Virus record (IMG/VR): IMGVR_UViG_3300023096_000001
Coordinates: 6,134 to 70,133 of that record
DNA from: a virus
Length of the DNA stretch: 64,000 nucleotides
Reading direction: 5' to 3' (one strand)
Shown here: piece by piece, positions 1 to 9,026 of the stretch
How positions within the stretch are numbered: position 1 is the first letter of the stretch
Layout: every line of letters starts with the position of its first letter
Program-made: the position numbers and the translations under genes
Notes under the pieces: model-generated
Told to the model about the DNA's origin: nothing
Databases searched by the model: none
Seen by the model: only the letters and a program-made list of their open reading frames with translations

Positions 1-90
1 TCCAGATTGATCTGCGCTATCGAGAACAATAACCTCTTTTCCATTTAATTCAGGAAACTCATCTCCTACGTAAATTGCTCTATAACTCAT
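1..90 (-). CDS. hypothetical protein, partial (runs off left edge)
   Basis: ATG at 90, open frame MSYRAIYVGDEFPEL... to window edge. Confidence 0.4.
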   Translation of the reverse strand, partial: MSYRAIYVGDEFPELNGKEVIVLDSADQSG

Positions 91-109
91 TTTTCGTTTA
101 CTTTTTTGT

Positions 110-373
110 TTACGGTTTAATTCCATGTTTATGGAAGATGTCAAGAATCTGCTGGTGTTCGATGGTTTCGTTAGCCAAGTATAAGTTCGACATGTCTAAC
201 CAAAAATCTTCTTTTTCATTGGTTTCGCTCCAAGTTTCAAAACACAAAAACAGCCTATCAATTGAAAAATCAACAATACTTGTTTCTCCTATATTGAGCT
301 GATCCGCCATCCTCCTGCCAATAATCGCAGGGAACCTGTCAAGGTATATTTGTTTCTTTTCTTCGAGAGTCAT
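110..373 (-). CDS. hypothetical phage protein
   Basis: 87 aa ORF in tightly packed minus-strand run. Confidence 0.65.
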   Translation of the reverse strand: MTLEEKKQIYLDRFPAIIGRRMADQLNIGETSIVDFSIDRLFLCFETWSETNEKEDFWLDMSNLYLANETIEHQQILDIFHKHGIKP

Positions 374-513
374 TTCAATCCTTTTAAAAGTTTCTGATAA
401 ATTTCAATCGTTCGCAGGCAGTTAACCTTTATAATCTCCGTCTTGGTATTCGCTAGCTGCTCTTGCAGGTTTTTTATACGCAACTCAATCTTCTCGCGCT
501 CTGTCGTAGTCAT
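370..513 (-). CDS. small coiled-coil hypothetical protein (47 aa)
   Basis: Read by hand: MTTTEREKIELRIKNLQEQL...; ATGA overlap with next gene. Confidence 0.5.
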   Translation of the reverse strand: MTTTEREKIELRIKNLQEQLANTKTEIIKVNCLRTIEIYQKLLKGLK

Positions 514-667
514 CAACCTTTTGCTGGATAAAGTCTTTCAAAGCCTCATATTTGCGCTTTTTAAAGTTAGGATTTAAATCAAGCTCAGCCCTAAGAAGAG
601 GCGCCGGGATGAGTCCAATCAGCACGCCCTTATATTTTCCGAAAGGATATCTTGTTTTTTCATCCAT
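485..667 (-). CDS. DUF3820-like small protein (PFGKYKG motif)
   Basis: MDEKTRYPFGKYKGVLIGLIP; start moved to ATG 667 from track start 736. Confidence 0.6.
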   Translation of the reverse strand: MDEKTRYPFGKYKGVLIGLIPAPLLRAELDLNPNFKKRKYEALKDFIQQKVDDYDRARED

Positions 668-878
668 GAGGCTCTGTGGATTGGATAATGCCGATCGTGT
701 TGTGTAAATCCACATTGGCGCGTTCAAGTTCGGCATGCTCAGAAGCCAGCTCTTTCATGCGCGCTTCTCTGCGTTTTTTGGTCATCTCGACCAGTGTGGT
801 GATCAAGTGGTTTAAATCCGCCTCTGAGAGCCCTTCGACGGATTCATATATACTGTCAATTCTTTGCTTCGCATCCAT
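660..878 (-). CDS. coiled-coil hypothetical protein
   Basis: 72 aa helical ORF in operon. Confidence 0.6.
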   Translation of the reverse strand: MDAKQRIDSIYESVEGLSEADLNHLITTLVEMTKKRREARMKELASEHAELERANVDLHNTIGIIQSTEPHG

Positions 879-942
879 TGTTTTTTCTGTTTAAAATATC
901 TCCGGGAGAAGTTCCCCCGGAGAATAATCATCATTCTAACCC

Positions 943-1395
943 TTAACCTTTTTCTTTCAAACGATCTTCGTGACGGAATACTTCCAATATTTTAGTCTCT
1001 GTCAAGGTCTCTGCTACAGGGGAGATCAGCCATTTCGAGAACTCTTTCGCAGCGATGGCTAGTGCATCTTTACTGTCCTCTGCTTCGATGGTCATGTAAC
1101 CAGTCACACGCTTCGGAGTTCCTTTTTCGGTATCTTCTGTATAATAATGCTTCAAACGGTACCACTTTAGGTAGTCTGCCTGAGACTCTTCGTTGGGGAT
1201 AATCTCTCCGGCTTGGTACGGGGTGATCGCCAGGATTTCAAGCTCTTTGGCAAACTCCCCTGTCTCTTGCTTTTCAGCGACCAGCGCTTCGGTCTCTGTC
1301 CAGGAATACGTCTGAAAGAGATAACTTTCATTAAAGCTCTTCAAATGACCCGCTTCATCTTCTTTCTGGTAGCGTAATCTTACTAAATGGTACAT
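943..1395 (-). CDS. DUF4494 family protein
   Basis: VRLRYQKEDEAG...ESYLFQTYSWTETEA resembles the Bacteroidota DUF4494 N-terminus. Confidence 0.7.
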   Translation of the reverse strand: MYHLVRLRYQKEDEAGHLKSFNESYLFQTYSWTETEALVAEKQETGEFAKELEILAITPYQAGEIIPNEESQADYLKWYRLKHYYTEDTEKGTPKRVTGYMTIEAEDSKDALAIAAKEFSKWLISPVAETLTETKILEVFRHEDRLKEKG

Positions 1396-1408
1396 AATAT
1401 TTCGTTTT

Positions 1409-1735
1409 TTAAAATGGATTCCCTGATTCTATTTCTTTTTTAGTCTTATCCTTCCGGCGTACCCTTTCAAGCAATGCCGCTGACGGGGTGAACTTGATGC
1501 CGGTCCGCTCAGGAATTCGCATAAGCTCTCCTGTTGCCATATTCCTGCCAATGTTCGCCTTTTGGATAATGGGCTTTAAAACCCATGCCCCGCGAAGTTG
1601 AATGTGCAACCCTTTCGAAAGGACTTCTTCGGTGATTTTTACGTATGCCTCCATAAAGGCGATGCAATCCTGTTTACCTAGCCCAATCTTTTCCTGAAGG
1701 GCTTCTACGTAATCTGCTTTAGTGAATGATTTCAT
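1409..1735 (-). CDS. hup: HU/IHF family histone-like DNA-binding protein
   Basis: TKADYVEALQEKIGL...IQLRG...GRNMATGELMRIPERTGIKFTPSAAL HU arm motif. Confidence 0.9.
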   Translation of the reverse strand: MKSFTKADYVEALQEKIGLGKQDCIAFMEAYVKITEEVLSKGLHIQLRGAWVLKPIIQKANIGRNMATGELMRIPERTGIKFTPSAALLERVRRKDKTKKEIESGNPF

Positions 1736-1995
1736 GGGAGTATTATTTCGGTATTTAAAATTGAACTAAGCCAAACGTCTTTATTATCTCCATCCCAAGG
1801 GATAAAACTCTCAGCATTATCAGCGCATTTCTGTCTTACGTCTTCAGCTACTTGTTGGGCGTAAAGTCTGGCTACTTCTTCATAAAATCCATCGTCGTGT
1901 AACATTTTCAAAAAAGGATAACTTTCTTTGAATCCAGATATATTAAAATAACCGTATTGTCTGGCTATTTTTGTTTTACATTCTGAGTATGTCAT
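1732..1995 (-). CDS. hypothetical phage protein
   Basis: 87 aa, ATGA overlap with hup. Confidence 0.6.
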   Translation of the reverse strand: MTYSECKTKIARQYGYFNISGFKESYPFLKMLHDDGFYEEVARLYAQQVAEDVRQKCADNAESFIPWDGDNKDVWLSSILNTEIILP

Positions 1996-2057
1996 ATCTA
2001 TTAAAGTTTAAAGAATGTACGCGGAGCAGAACCCCGCGCGATTCAAATCTCCAAGCA

Positions 2058-3131
2058 TTATTGTTTTTTGATTCTTTTTAAGATGTACTGCGCGCCGGCA
2101 ACGAAAGCAGTATATTCTGGCGTTTTTGCTCCGTAACGGGTTCCCGCTTCGACGGTCACATCATATTCAATGCCTTCCTCTTTCGGAGTCACCTGCGGCG
2201 GGATAGCCCTCTTCGCGCCTCCTTCTGGGTATGCGATCATTTCTTTGAATTTTGATAAGCCCTTTTCGTTCGGAGGATAATCGCCAACAAATTCGAGTGG
2301 ATTTTTCAAGATATTCTCAAAAGAAATGTCACTAGGTATTGTCTTGTCTTGCTGAACCGTAAACCCAGATGGTGCTGATCCTTCGGTAATAGTGCCTGAA
2401 GATTGCTGCACAAACTGCATCGGATCCACGGGAGCTACTGGTGTCAACGATGCCCTCAACGCTTCAAGCTCTGCACGGTCTTTATCAAGCTTATCCTGTG
2501 CCGCCTTCAACTTGTCAGCCTCATCCTTTAAACGCTTCTTTTCGTCCTCTTGCGCCTGCTTATCAGCGGCTTCTTGGGCAAGGATCGCTTCAGACTCCTG
2601 TGTCATCAAGAGTAGTTCGCTATTGAAGTCAGCATCTTCGAGGCGTTCAATCGCGGACTGCGAAATGGAAACTTGTCCTAGGGTAAAATGCGTTCCATTG
2701 AACCGGGCATTCAGCTTCAAGAGAGACTCTGCGCGAGTTTGGATCTTCAGCTGCCGTTGCTGCTCTTTATGTTGTTTTTGCTGCTCTACCGCTAAGATGT
2801 ACTGCGTTTCCATCAATTCCAATGGACGTTTAATCTCGTCCAGCTTTTCAATAATAATTTTGCTGGCTAAATTAACCTGACGTTGCCACTTTACGGCATC
2901 ATCAACAAGAGATTTTCGTATTTTGTCAACTGATGTTATCGATTTCTTAACATCCTTCCGTGCAGCGGCGACTTTATTGAAGCCCTCTTTGTCGTCAGGA
3001 CCTTTAATGGATAATCCTTGATATTGTGTCTTCATCCGCGCGATGTCCGCTTCAATGGCGGTGATCGGAGCGAGTTTATTCTCCTCGGAAGAAGTGATTA
3101 TTGGTGGTTCTGTTTCTGCTACTTTTTTCAT
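2058..3131 (-). CDS. long coiled-coil phage protein (DUF1351/gp157-like)
   Basis: N-terminal helical bundle DKEGFNKVAAARKDVKK...EIKRPLE, then long coiled coil. Confidence 0.5.
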   Translation of the reverse strand: MKKVAETEPPIITSSEENKLAPITAIEADIARMKTQYQGLSIKGPDDKEGFNKVAAARKDVKKSITSVDKIRKSLVDDAVKWQRQVNLASKIIIEKLDEIKRPLELMETQYILAVEQQKQHKEQQRQLKIQTRAESLLKLNARFNGTHFTLGQVSISQSAIERLEDADFNSELLLMTQESEAILAQEAADKQAQEDEKKRLKDEADKLKAAQDKLDKDRAELEALRASLTPVAPVDPMQFVQQSSGTITEGSAPSGFTVQQDKTIPSDISFENILKNPLEFVGDYPPNEKGLSKFKEMIAYPEGGAKRAIPPQVTPKEEGIEYDVTVEAGTRYGAKTPEYTAFVAGAQYILKRIKKQ

Positions 3132-3403
3132 GCTATTATTTTTGTCAATTTAATGCCCATTACAACGTATCCTTGTTCAATGCCGAACTGTCCACCTTTT
3201 AACACATAGGCAACATCACAGAGGCAGCTCCCATGAAATGATACTCCATCAGAGGTTTGGTCAAAGTCGAACAAATGCAATTCGTCGCCAACTTCATAAT
3301 GCCTGTCATCAAGTCTCACCTCAAATGTTTTCTCTCCAGATATTACTGCCGCATAATATTCTCTCCAAGTTTTTAACCTATGCTGTCTTCTTGCGATCTC
3401 CAT
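3128..3403 (-). CDS. ASCH/PUA-like domain protein (DUF3850)
   Basis: HRLKTWREYYAAVISGEKTFEVRLDDRHYEVGDEL. Confidence 0.85.
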   Translation of the reverse strand: MEIARRQHRLKTWREYYAAVISGEKTFEVRLDDRHYEVGDELHLFDFDQTSDGVSFHGSCLCDVAYVLKGGQFGIEQGYVVMGIKLTKIIA

Positions 3404-3404
3404 C

Positions 3405-3710
3405 TTATACTTCTTTTGAATGTCCTGTTTTATCTTCTACATGCTGCTTACTGTAACTACTATAATACTGACAACCCTCCTTGCGGATGATACTCTTCGG
3501 AGAGATGTACCCTTCTGGGTTGATCCTGGCAACTTCTACCTTTCCATCAGGGTTTACTTCAAAAATTTGCCGAAAGCTCCCGTCTACCATCAATGCGCCA
3601 AGGGTTGCCATGTAGCAAGTTAAATCCTTCAGCGTTTCTTTGTCGCGGCGCTTGATGTTGATGTAATTGTTGGCTTGACGCGCTGAAAGAATTTGGGGGA
3701 AAGTTCTCAT
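3405..3710 (-). CDS. hypothetical phage protein
   Basis: 101 aa ORF in operon. Confidence 0.6.
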   Translation of the reverse strand: MRTFPQILSARQANNYINIKRRDKETLKDLTCYMATLGALMVDGSFRQIFEVNPDGKVEVARINPEGYISPKSIIRKEGCQYYSSYSKQHVEDKTGHSKEV

Positions 3711-4237
3711 GGTTTATCCTTTAAAGATTCATAATAAGCAATGTGCGCTTCGCGAGTGTCAAGCAGCTCCATTGTGTCGATTCGGCGGTACATGAAACGC
3801 TCCTGATCGTAAACAATGTATCTGTGAAGTTTATTGTGTTCAGGCATTGTCAACTCAATTACGTCTTTATAGTGAGCTTCATTATAAGACCAATGATGAA
3901 GATGGTTCCCCTTTTCTTTTTTCATATTGCTTGTTGCATTGGTAGCTTTGGCCTTCTCTGGATATCTAGCTCTATATTGCTTAGTCCTATCCCTGGCTTC
4001 TTCCGGACTTTCTTTATGAATATCTTTATAACCAAGCCTATGATATTTTTCTCTCGCTCTAATAACCTCTTTTGCTACCCACTCAGGATTGTTTGCCCTT
4101 AAGTCCTTTTCACGAATATCTACATCGCGCTTTGTACAGTCTTTACATTTATTTAAATGACCATCAGCCATTTTTTTATGTTTGTAATAGTCACCTAGTG
4201 GCTTTACAATGTTACATTTGAAGCATTTCTTTTCCAT
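3707..4237 (-). CDS. HNH-type endonuclease with N-terminal CxxC..CxxC zinc finger
   Basis: KKCFKC...KCKDC and HLHHWSY...DVIEL..EHNKLH; start at ATG 4237. Confidence 0.7.
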   Translation of the reverse strand: MEKKCFKCNIVKPLGDYYKHKKMADGHLNKCKDCTKRDVDIREKDLRANNPEWVAKEVIRAREKYHRLGYKDIHKESPEEARDRTKQYRARYPEKAKATNATSNMKKEKGNHLHHWSYNEAHYKDVIELTMPEHNKLHRYIVYDQERFMYRRIDTMELLDTREAHIAYYESLKDKP

Positions 4238-4288
4238 ACTCCAAATGTAATTAAAATGTTCAGAAAGTGCAAACAAATTGCTACCATT

Positions 4289-5023
4289 CTAAAAAGGGAG
4301 ATCCGAATCCTCTTCGTCCTCCGTAAAAGTGCTTTGAGGAGGTTCAGGGACAGAAGCGCTAGCAGAGGCTGTTTGCGTCGCATCAACCCTTCCAGAAGAC
4401 TCCTGTGTAGAAGTATCCTGCTGCTTATTGCCATCAATATACTCAACCAATGAATCGTATAACACATCCGCTGCTGCGCCTTGTTCAGGTGTTACCTGGG
4501 CGGACAATTCAAACACGGGCACACTGTAATTCACCGATCCTTTCTTCCCGTCCCGAGCACCAGATACGGTTACCCATTGAGAGTTCATCTTCGAAAGATT
4601 TGATTTACAGAATTCATTCCACTCCGCGACAGCAGTTCCTTTAAGGGAGAGATTAAGTAAAGCGCCTTTCTCGGTCATTAAGTATACGGAGCGATGATAA
4701 AATCCACCGGCTGCGGCTACCGTGTTTTTGATGTCTTTATAAAGACCGCTTACGATAGGACCTCCTTTGAAGGATTTTACGTTTAAAGGTTGTTCTGATG
4801 TATTGGCTACTTCATTAGAATAAATCCCTGAAGAGCTTTGATCGTGCCATCCCTTTACAGTCGCCATCTGCTTTAAGAAAAGAAACTTAAAAGGTAATTT
4901 AATTTCAAAATTGGCGGCTTTATCTTTGTCATAGTATGAGAAAACTTTCCCATTTGACTTCCATTCGAGGAAATACTTCGCTGGATTCTTTGATGCGGAT
5001 ACTACTTCTGATTCACGTCCCAT
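4289..5023 (-). CDS. putative single-stranded DNA-binding protein
   Basis: beta-rich core, disordered linker, acidic tail ending EDEEDSDLPF typical of SSBs. Confidence 0.65.
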   Translation of the reverse strand: MGRESEVVSASKNPAKYFLEWKSNGKVFSYYDKDKAANFEIKLPFKFLFLKQMATVKGWHDQSSSGIYSNEVANTSEQPLNVKSFKGGPIVSGLYKDIKNTVAAAGGFYHRSVYLMTEKGALLNLSLKGTAVAEWNEFCKSNLSKMNSQWVTVSGARDGKKGSVNYSVPVFELSAQVTPEQGAAADVLYDSLVEYIDGNKQQDTSTQESSGRVDATQTASASASVPEPPQSTFTEDEEDSDLPF

Positions 5024-5078
5024 TTTTTTTAAGATTTAAATTTGAAAGATTATTTTGGTCAAGATGTTGTTGTGAGAG

Positions 5079-5115
5079 AAAAAGAGCCGGCTATACACTC
5101 CCGTATAACCGGTCT
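5079..5115 (-). terminator. intrinsic terminator/attenuator hairpin in SSB leader
   Basis: AGACCGGTTATAC-GGGA-GTGTATAGCCGGCTC followed by T-run on minus strand. Confidence 0.6.
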
Positions 5116-5148
5116 TTAAAATTACCCTCCTCTAAATTTTTGTTATGT

Positions 5149-5156
5149 CAAAGATA
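5149..5156 (-). promoter_or_regulatory. Bacteroidota housekeeping promoter -7 box
   Basis: TATCTTTG matches TAnnTTTG in AT-rich intergenic DNA. Confidence 0.65.
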
Positions 5157-5232
5157 ATTATTAAGTTTCTATTAACGAAATGCTTAGCTAAAAAATATTG
5201 TAATTTATATATTTTCTAAATAACTATTAGCT

Positions 5233-5595
5233 TCAATTGGTTTCATTCAATTTAGCAATCAACGCGTCGGCATTCTCGACGGCCATCTTCGCATTGGATT
5301 CTGGATTGGATCCTCCGTAGTGAGAGATCAGTCCCTGCATCATCAAGGAGGCGAGGTGCGTGCGGATGTCCAGGTGTTCTTGTTTTGGGTTAAAGATACC
5401 ATCTTTGTCTGAAACCCACCATTGACTTTCTGCATCACTCTTTACTAATTTCCCCTCTACAGGAATAGCGTATGAAGGGTTTGATTTATTTTCCATATTT
5501 TTAGACCAATTTTTGTTTCTCTGACTTCTTTCCTCGTTTAGGCATTGTTGCAAAAAATGTTCTGAAAAGTTAACATCAGTAAGCTGTCTTTTCAT
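5233..5595 (-). CDS. hypothetical phage protein
   Basis: 120 aa; C-terminal LASLMMQGLI...AKMAVENADALIAKLN helix common in phage proteins; true start may be downstream. Confidence 0.55.
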   Translation of the reverse strand: MKRQLTDVNFSEHFLQQCLNEERSQRNKNWSKNMENKSNPSYAIPVEGKLVKSDAESQWWVSDKDGIFNPKQEHLDIRTHLASLMMQGLISHYGGSNPESNAKMAVENADALIAKLNETN

Positions 5596-5599
5596 TGCA

Positions 5600-6565
5600 T
5601 TAATTTATAAAGTTATATCCAGCATCCTTAATAACATCTTGTACGCATTTAACCTGCCCCGGTTCGATTTTTACAAGATTCCAGTACTTGTCCCTCAACT
5701 CAAGAGATCCGTCTGGAAATATATTGAGCCAAGTGTTATAAACTCTATTTAAATCTATACTCACATACTCAACTTTTCCGTCTTTCCAGCTTAAATTACT
5801 AAGCCCTCCTCGTCCATCAAAACACTTCCCGATAGAATCCCTTGTCATGCTGTCGTTACCCAAATCAGCAAGTCCTGATCGCTTAAAGAGAGGAAATTTA
5901 TACCCTATACTGTTAAGCAGATCAAATACTGCGTTCTCATCGATAGCCCTTGGGCTATATGTAATAATCTTTTTGTCTTGAAGGTTATTAATCGTGTCTT
6001 CTGAATACGTGCACCGACCATGACCTATCGTTAAACCCATGAGCTTCTTTTTTGGAGAGTGCATGAGTATTAAAATATTTTCCCCGGAAGACTCTTGCGC
6101 ATCAAGATAAGTATTTCCAAGAAAATCACAAATCGCCAGTAGAGCTTCTTCGTCATATATAAGCCCTTTTGATAATTTTTTATCGGGCCAGGCGGGAGCT
6201 TCTTTAAACGGTTGTACTGGGTAATATTTGCTCGGGCTGAGTCTTTTATCCCATACTTGTTTAGATTCCTCTTGTGCTTTTTGCTCTTCCTCGCTGATGG
6301 GGTCTACAATCCTAAAATTATCGACTCCTAAGGCTTCTTTCACTTGCTGTGTGGTTACATAAGCAACAGGTTTATAAACTTCTATGTCTTCAATTTTAAC
6401 TAGCCTACAAAAAGCGCTATTTTGAGAATGAAGCGTTGCATGAACCAACTTATCATCCTCCTCGTCATCTCTGTAATAAGCTCCGCCACCATATTGGCCG
6501 AAAATTAACACATCTTCGCGTCCTTTAATTTTAACTAAATCTCCGTTTTTAAATTTATTTTCCAT
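5600..6565 (-). CDS. hypothetical phage protein
   Basis: 321 aa ORF. Confidence 0.7.
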   Translation of the reverse strand: MENKFKNGDLVKIKGREDVLIFGQYGGGAYYRDDEEDDKLVHATLHSQNSAFCRLVKIEDIEVYKPVAYVTTQQVKEALGVDNFRIVDPISEEEQKAQEESKQVWDKRLSPSKYYPVQPFKEAPAWPDKKLSKGLIYDEEALLAICDFLGNTYLDAQESSGENILILMHSPKKKLMGLTIGHGRCTYSEDTINNLQDKKIITYSPRAIDENAVFDLLNSIGYKFPLFKRSGLADLGNDSMTRDSIGKCFDGRGGLSNLSWKDGKVEYVSIDLNRVYNTWLNIFPDGSLELRDKYWNLVKIEPGQVKCVQDVIKDAGYNFIN

Positions 6566-6837
6566 TAAGCTTCAATGTTAAAAGTGTTAAACACATAAAG
6601 AATATCCTCTTCAGAGGGTTCATTTCCCTCTTCATACAATTGCAGAATAGCGTTCCAGAATTTAGAACCTTCAACAGACTCCTCCCAGAGAAATGCGTCA
6701 AGGATCAGATCATGCAAGGAATCCTCTGTCGAGGTATGGTACTCCATCGTCACCTGAGAAGCTAATCTTTCAGCGAGGATCTTTGGAAAGCTTGCCCTGT
6801 ATAGGTGCTGCTTTTGAAGGGTGGAGGTGACGTTCAT
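6565..6837 (-). CDS. hypothetical phage protein
   Basis: 90 aa, coupled to neighbour. Confidence 0.6.
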   Translation of the reverse strand: MNVTSTLQKQHLYRASFPKILAERLASQVTMEYHTSTEDSLHDLILDAFLWEESVEGSKFWNAILQLYEEGNEPSEEDILYVFNTFNIEA

Positions 6838-6851
6838 GGTATTTAAGACAG

Positions 6852-7253
6852 CTAAAGAGTTGACGTAGTCAAATATAATGCTTTTTCAATACGGCAGAAA
6901 ACCGTTAGTATTAAACTCGCTTGTTTGAGAGAGTCGACATTATGTGGTAAGAGCGTTAAACATTCCCTGTGATCAATTCCATTATAGTGCTTGTCAAGGC
7001 CACAGGCGTTCCCCGGAACCATAATGTGTTCAGGCCCCCATTCTCCCCATCGTACCATTATTCGACTGAGTTCAGGATTATATCCATGATCTTTAAGCCA
7101 AATAGGGGCGCATTTTTTAATCATATTATCAATGTTCTCTTGGAGATATCCTGATTTTTTAACCATTTCTTTAAATTCAGGATAAAGTTTGATGGCGAAT
7201 CCGCATCCGCTCATTTTGTTAATATCTGGGTCCCAGTGGTCTATTCTGTACAT
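6852..7253 (-). CDS. hypothetical phage protein
   Basis: 133 aa, RWGEWGPEHIMVPGNACGLD motif. Confidence 0.7.
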   Translation of the reverse strand: MYRIDHWDPDINKMSGCGFAIKLYPEFKEMVKKSGYLQENIDNMIKKCAPIWLKDHGYNPELSRIMVRWGEWGPEHIMVPGNACGLDKHYNGIDHRECLTLLPHNVDSLKQASLILTVFCRIEKALYLTTSTL

Positions 7254-7278
7254 TGGTCTAGTATTTTAAGTCTAACTT

Positions 7279-7503
7279 TCAATCTTCCCAACGCGCCTCC
7301 AACCAATAAATACAATCCCCATCCTGCAGGAGCCTACTCCAATCGTGGCACTTGTTCTCAAATTTAAACGTGGTGCCGTCAAAGAATGCCCTGCCACAGC
7401 TCGTCGGAGAAAGGTCGCAGACCAGGTTAAACCATCCGGGTTTTCCCGGCTTGCGCTCGCTGAGAAGGATCGGCTTGTAGATGATGTTTTGCGCGTGAGT
7501 CAT
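7279..7503 (-). CDS. hypothetical phage protein
   Basis: 74 aa ORF in operon. Confidence 0.55.
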   Translation of the reverse strand: MTHAQNIIYKPILLSERKPGKPGWFNLVCDLSPTSCGRAFFDGTTFKFENKCHDWSRLLQDGDCIYWLEARWED

Positions 7504-7515
7504 AAGGCTTGAATT

Positions 7516-7803
7516 TTAAATTTTCCACTCTCCGTTAATCATTACAATTAGGCGCCTTTCCACGATCACAGGCACGTCCGGCTTGTCTTGATCCACAAAG
7601 GATTGCTTCCAGTGAATTCGCCCAACCTTGCACATTTTCTTTTCGCGGCCAAACTTCATAAGCTCCTCCGTTTCGACGAACCACTGCTCTTTGTCGCTCA
7701 ATAGTAGCGATTCTTTTATGAGTGCCGTATTTTTAATATGCAGCTCGGAGATTTTGCAATTGTTCGCAGCAATTTCGGCCTTTATTTTTTGTCTTTTTTT
7801 CAT
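7516..7803 (-). CDS. hypothetical phage protein
   Basis: 95 aa ORF in operon. Confidence 0.6.
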   Translation of the reverse strand: MKKRQKIKAEIAANNCKISELHIKNTALIKESLLLSDKEQWFVETEELMKFGREKKMCKVGRIHWKQSFVDQDKPDVPVIVERRLIVMINGEWKI

Positions 7804-7815
7804 ACACGATACTAT

Positions 7816-8172
7816 TTATACGTTACCCTTTTCAGGATTTAATTTTGAAAGAATATATGCGCCAAAGGTGTCTTGAATGTGGGCAGCTTCTTTATCGGAA
7901 AGATTCAGCCCACCGATGCCGGTGAGGTATCCCCAGCCCCGAAGCATGAGAAGAGCTCTGCCTTGCTCATCTTGGATCAGGATATTGCTGTAAGTTAGCT
8001 TTTCTTCGAAGGGCTCCTCTTTAATGCCATTGATCAAGTTTATGATCTTAACCTCTTCTTTAAGGCTAACCTCTTCAAATTGAAACACGAAGTGTCCTTT
8101 GCTGTCTAGCACCCACTCTGAGTACTTCTCCTTTCGAAAGGGTGGGGTCCAAACATCTTGCCATGTTTTCAT
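7816..8172 (-). CDS. conserved-looking phage protein (RGWGYLTGxGG motif)
   Basis: LRGWGYLTGIGGLNLSDKEAAHIQD. Confidence 0.7.
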   Translation of the reverse strand: MKTWQDVWTPPFRKEKYSEWVLDSKGHFVFQFEEVSLKEEVKIINLINGIKEEPFEEKLTYSNILIQDEQGRALLMLRGWGYLTGIGGLNLSDKEAAHIQDTFGAYILSKLNPEKGNV

Positions 8173-8175
8173 AGA

Positions 8176-8352
8176 TCAATTTTTTATTTTTTTAATTAAA
8201 TGAATTGGGATTCTGCACGTGTATCCGTTTTCATCCACTAACTTTACATGCTTCAGTCCCGTCATTTGATTTAAATTAACTACCGTGCCTTTTAACCAAA
8301 TGGTCGAACCTTCGTGCTTATACTTTACTTTCTCTCCTTCAGTTAGTGTCAT
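8176..8352 (-). CDS. small SH3-like hypothetical protein
   Basis: MTLTEGEKVKY...GTVV; start moved to ATG 8352 (ATGA overlap). Confidence 0.5.
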   Translation of the reverse strand: MTLTEGEKVKYKHEGSTIWLKGTVVNLNQMTGLKHVKLVDENGYTCRIPIHLIKKIKN

Positions 8353-8642
8353 AGTTCCCACTTTTTTAAAGCGTTGATATATTTGATCATTTTTACCAGG
8401 CACCCATGCGCAGCGATTCTCCTTTCACCCGGATATTTATAATCCGTCTGCGCGGGCGCATACCCTTCTGTGGCAAGATTCTTGAAAAGAAATTTATTAT
8501 GATACATGACCAAGGCATAACCTTCCTTCGCTTCGATGCGGTCTGCTACTTCGAATATTTTATCGAAATATGGTAAGTATTTATAATCTTTAAATCTAAC
8601 GCCCATGTATTCGCAGATTAAGTACTCTTCTTCTATGGTCAT
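8349..8642 (-). CDS. hypothetical phage protein, paralog of 16397..16774
   Basis: LICEYMG...DKIFEVADRIE pattern. Confidence 0.55.
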   Translation of the reverse strand: MTIEEEYLICEYMGVRFKDYKYLPYFDKIFEVADRIEAKEGYALVMYHNKFLFKNLATEGYAPAQTDYKYPGERRIAAHGCLVKMIKYINALKKWEL

Positions 8643-8654
8643 TGTGGTGAGGTT

Positions 8655-8972
8655 TTATTGTGCATCACTTACATTCTCGGCAGAGATTTCCATAAAAACC
8701 TCTTCTTTTTTGACAATCTCCCCCTTCGCATCCAACCGCGGCATTGCGCGCGGAAATTTGTTTGATATGTAAAACCACTCATAAACACTTGATAAAGTAT
8801 GTTCTACGATCATAATATTACCTCTATCACCTGTACTACTTTTCATCCAGTGTTTCATTACCCCTTTTTCTTTGTCAAACCAGCCTGTGTAAGTTAAGCC
8901 GTGCTCAACAGTTGTGAAGATTACCTGTGCGCCATCAAGTGGCAATGTTCTTTTTAATACTTGAATTTTCAT
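8655..8972 (-). CDS. hypothetical phage protein
   Basis: 105 aa ORF. Confidence 0.6.
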   Translation of the reverse strand: MKIQVLKRTLPLDGAQVIFTTVEHGLTYTGWFDKEKGVMKHWMKSSTGDRGNIMIVEHTLSSVYEWFYISNKFPRAMPRLDAKGEIVKKEEVFMEISAENVSDAQ

Positions 8973-9026
8973 AATTGTTTTGAATAAAGGTTTGAAAATA
9001 ATTTATTAAGGGTGCCATTTAAAATG

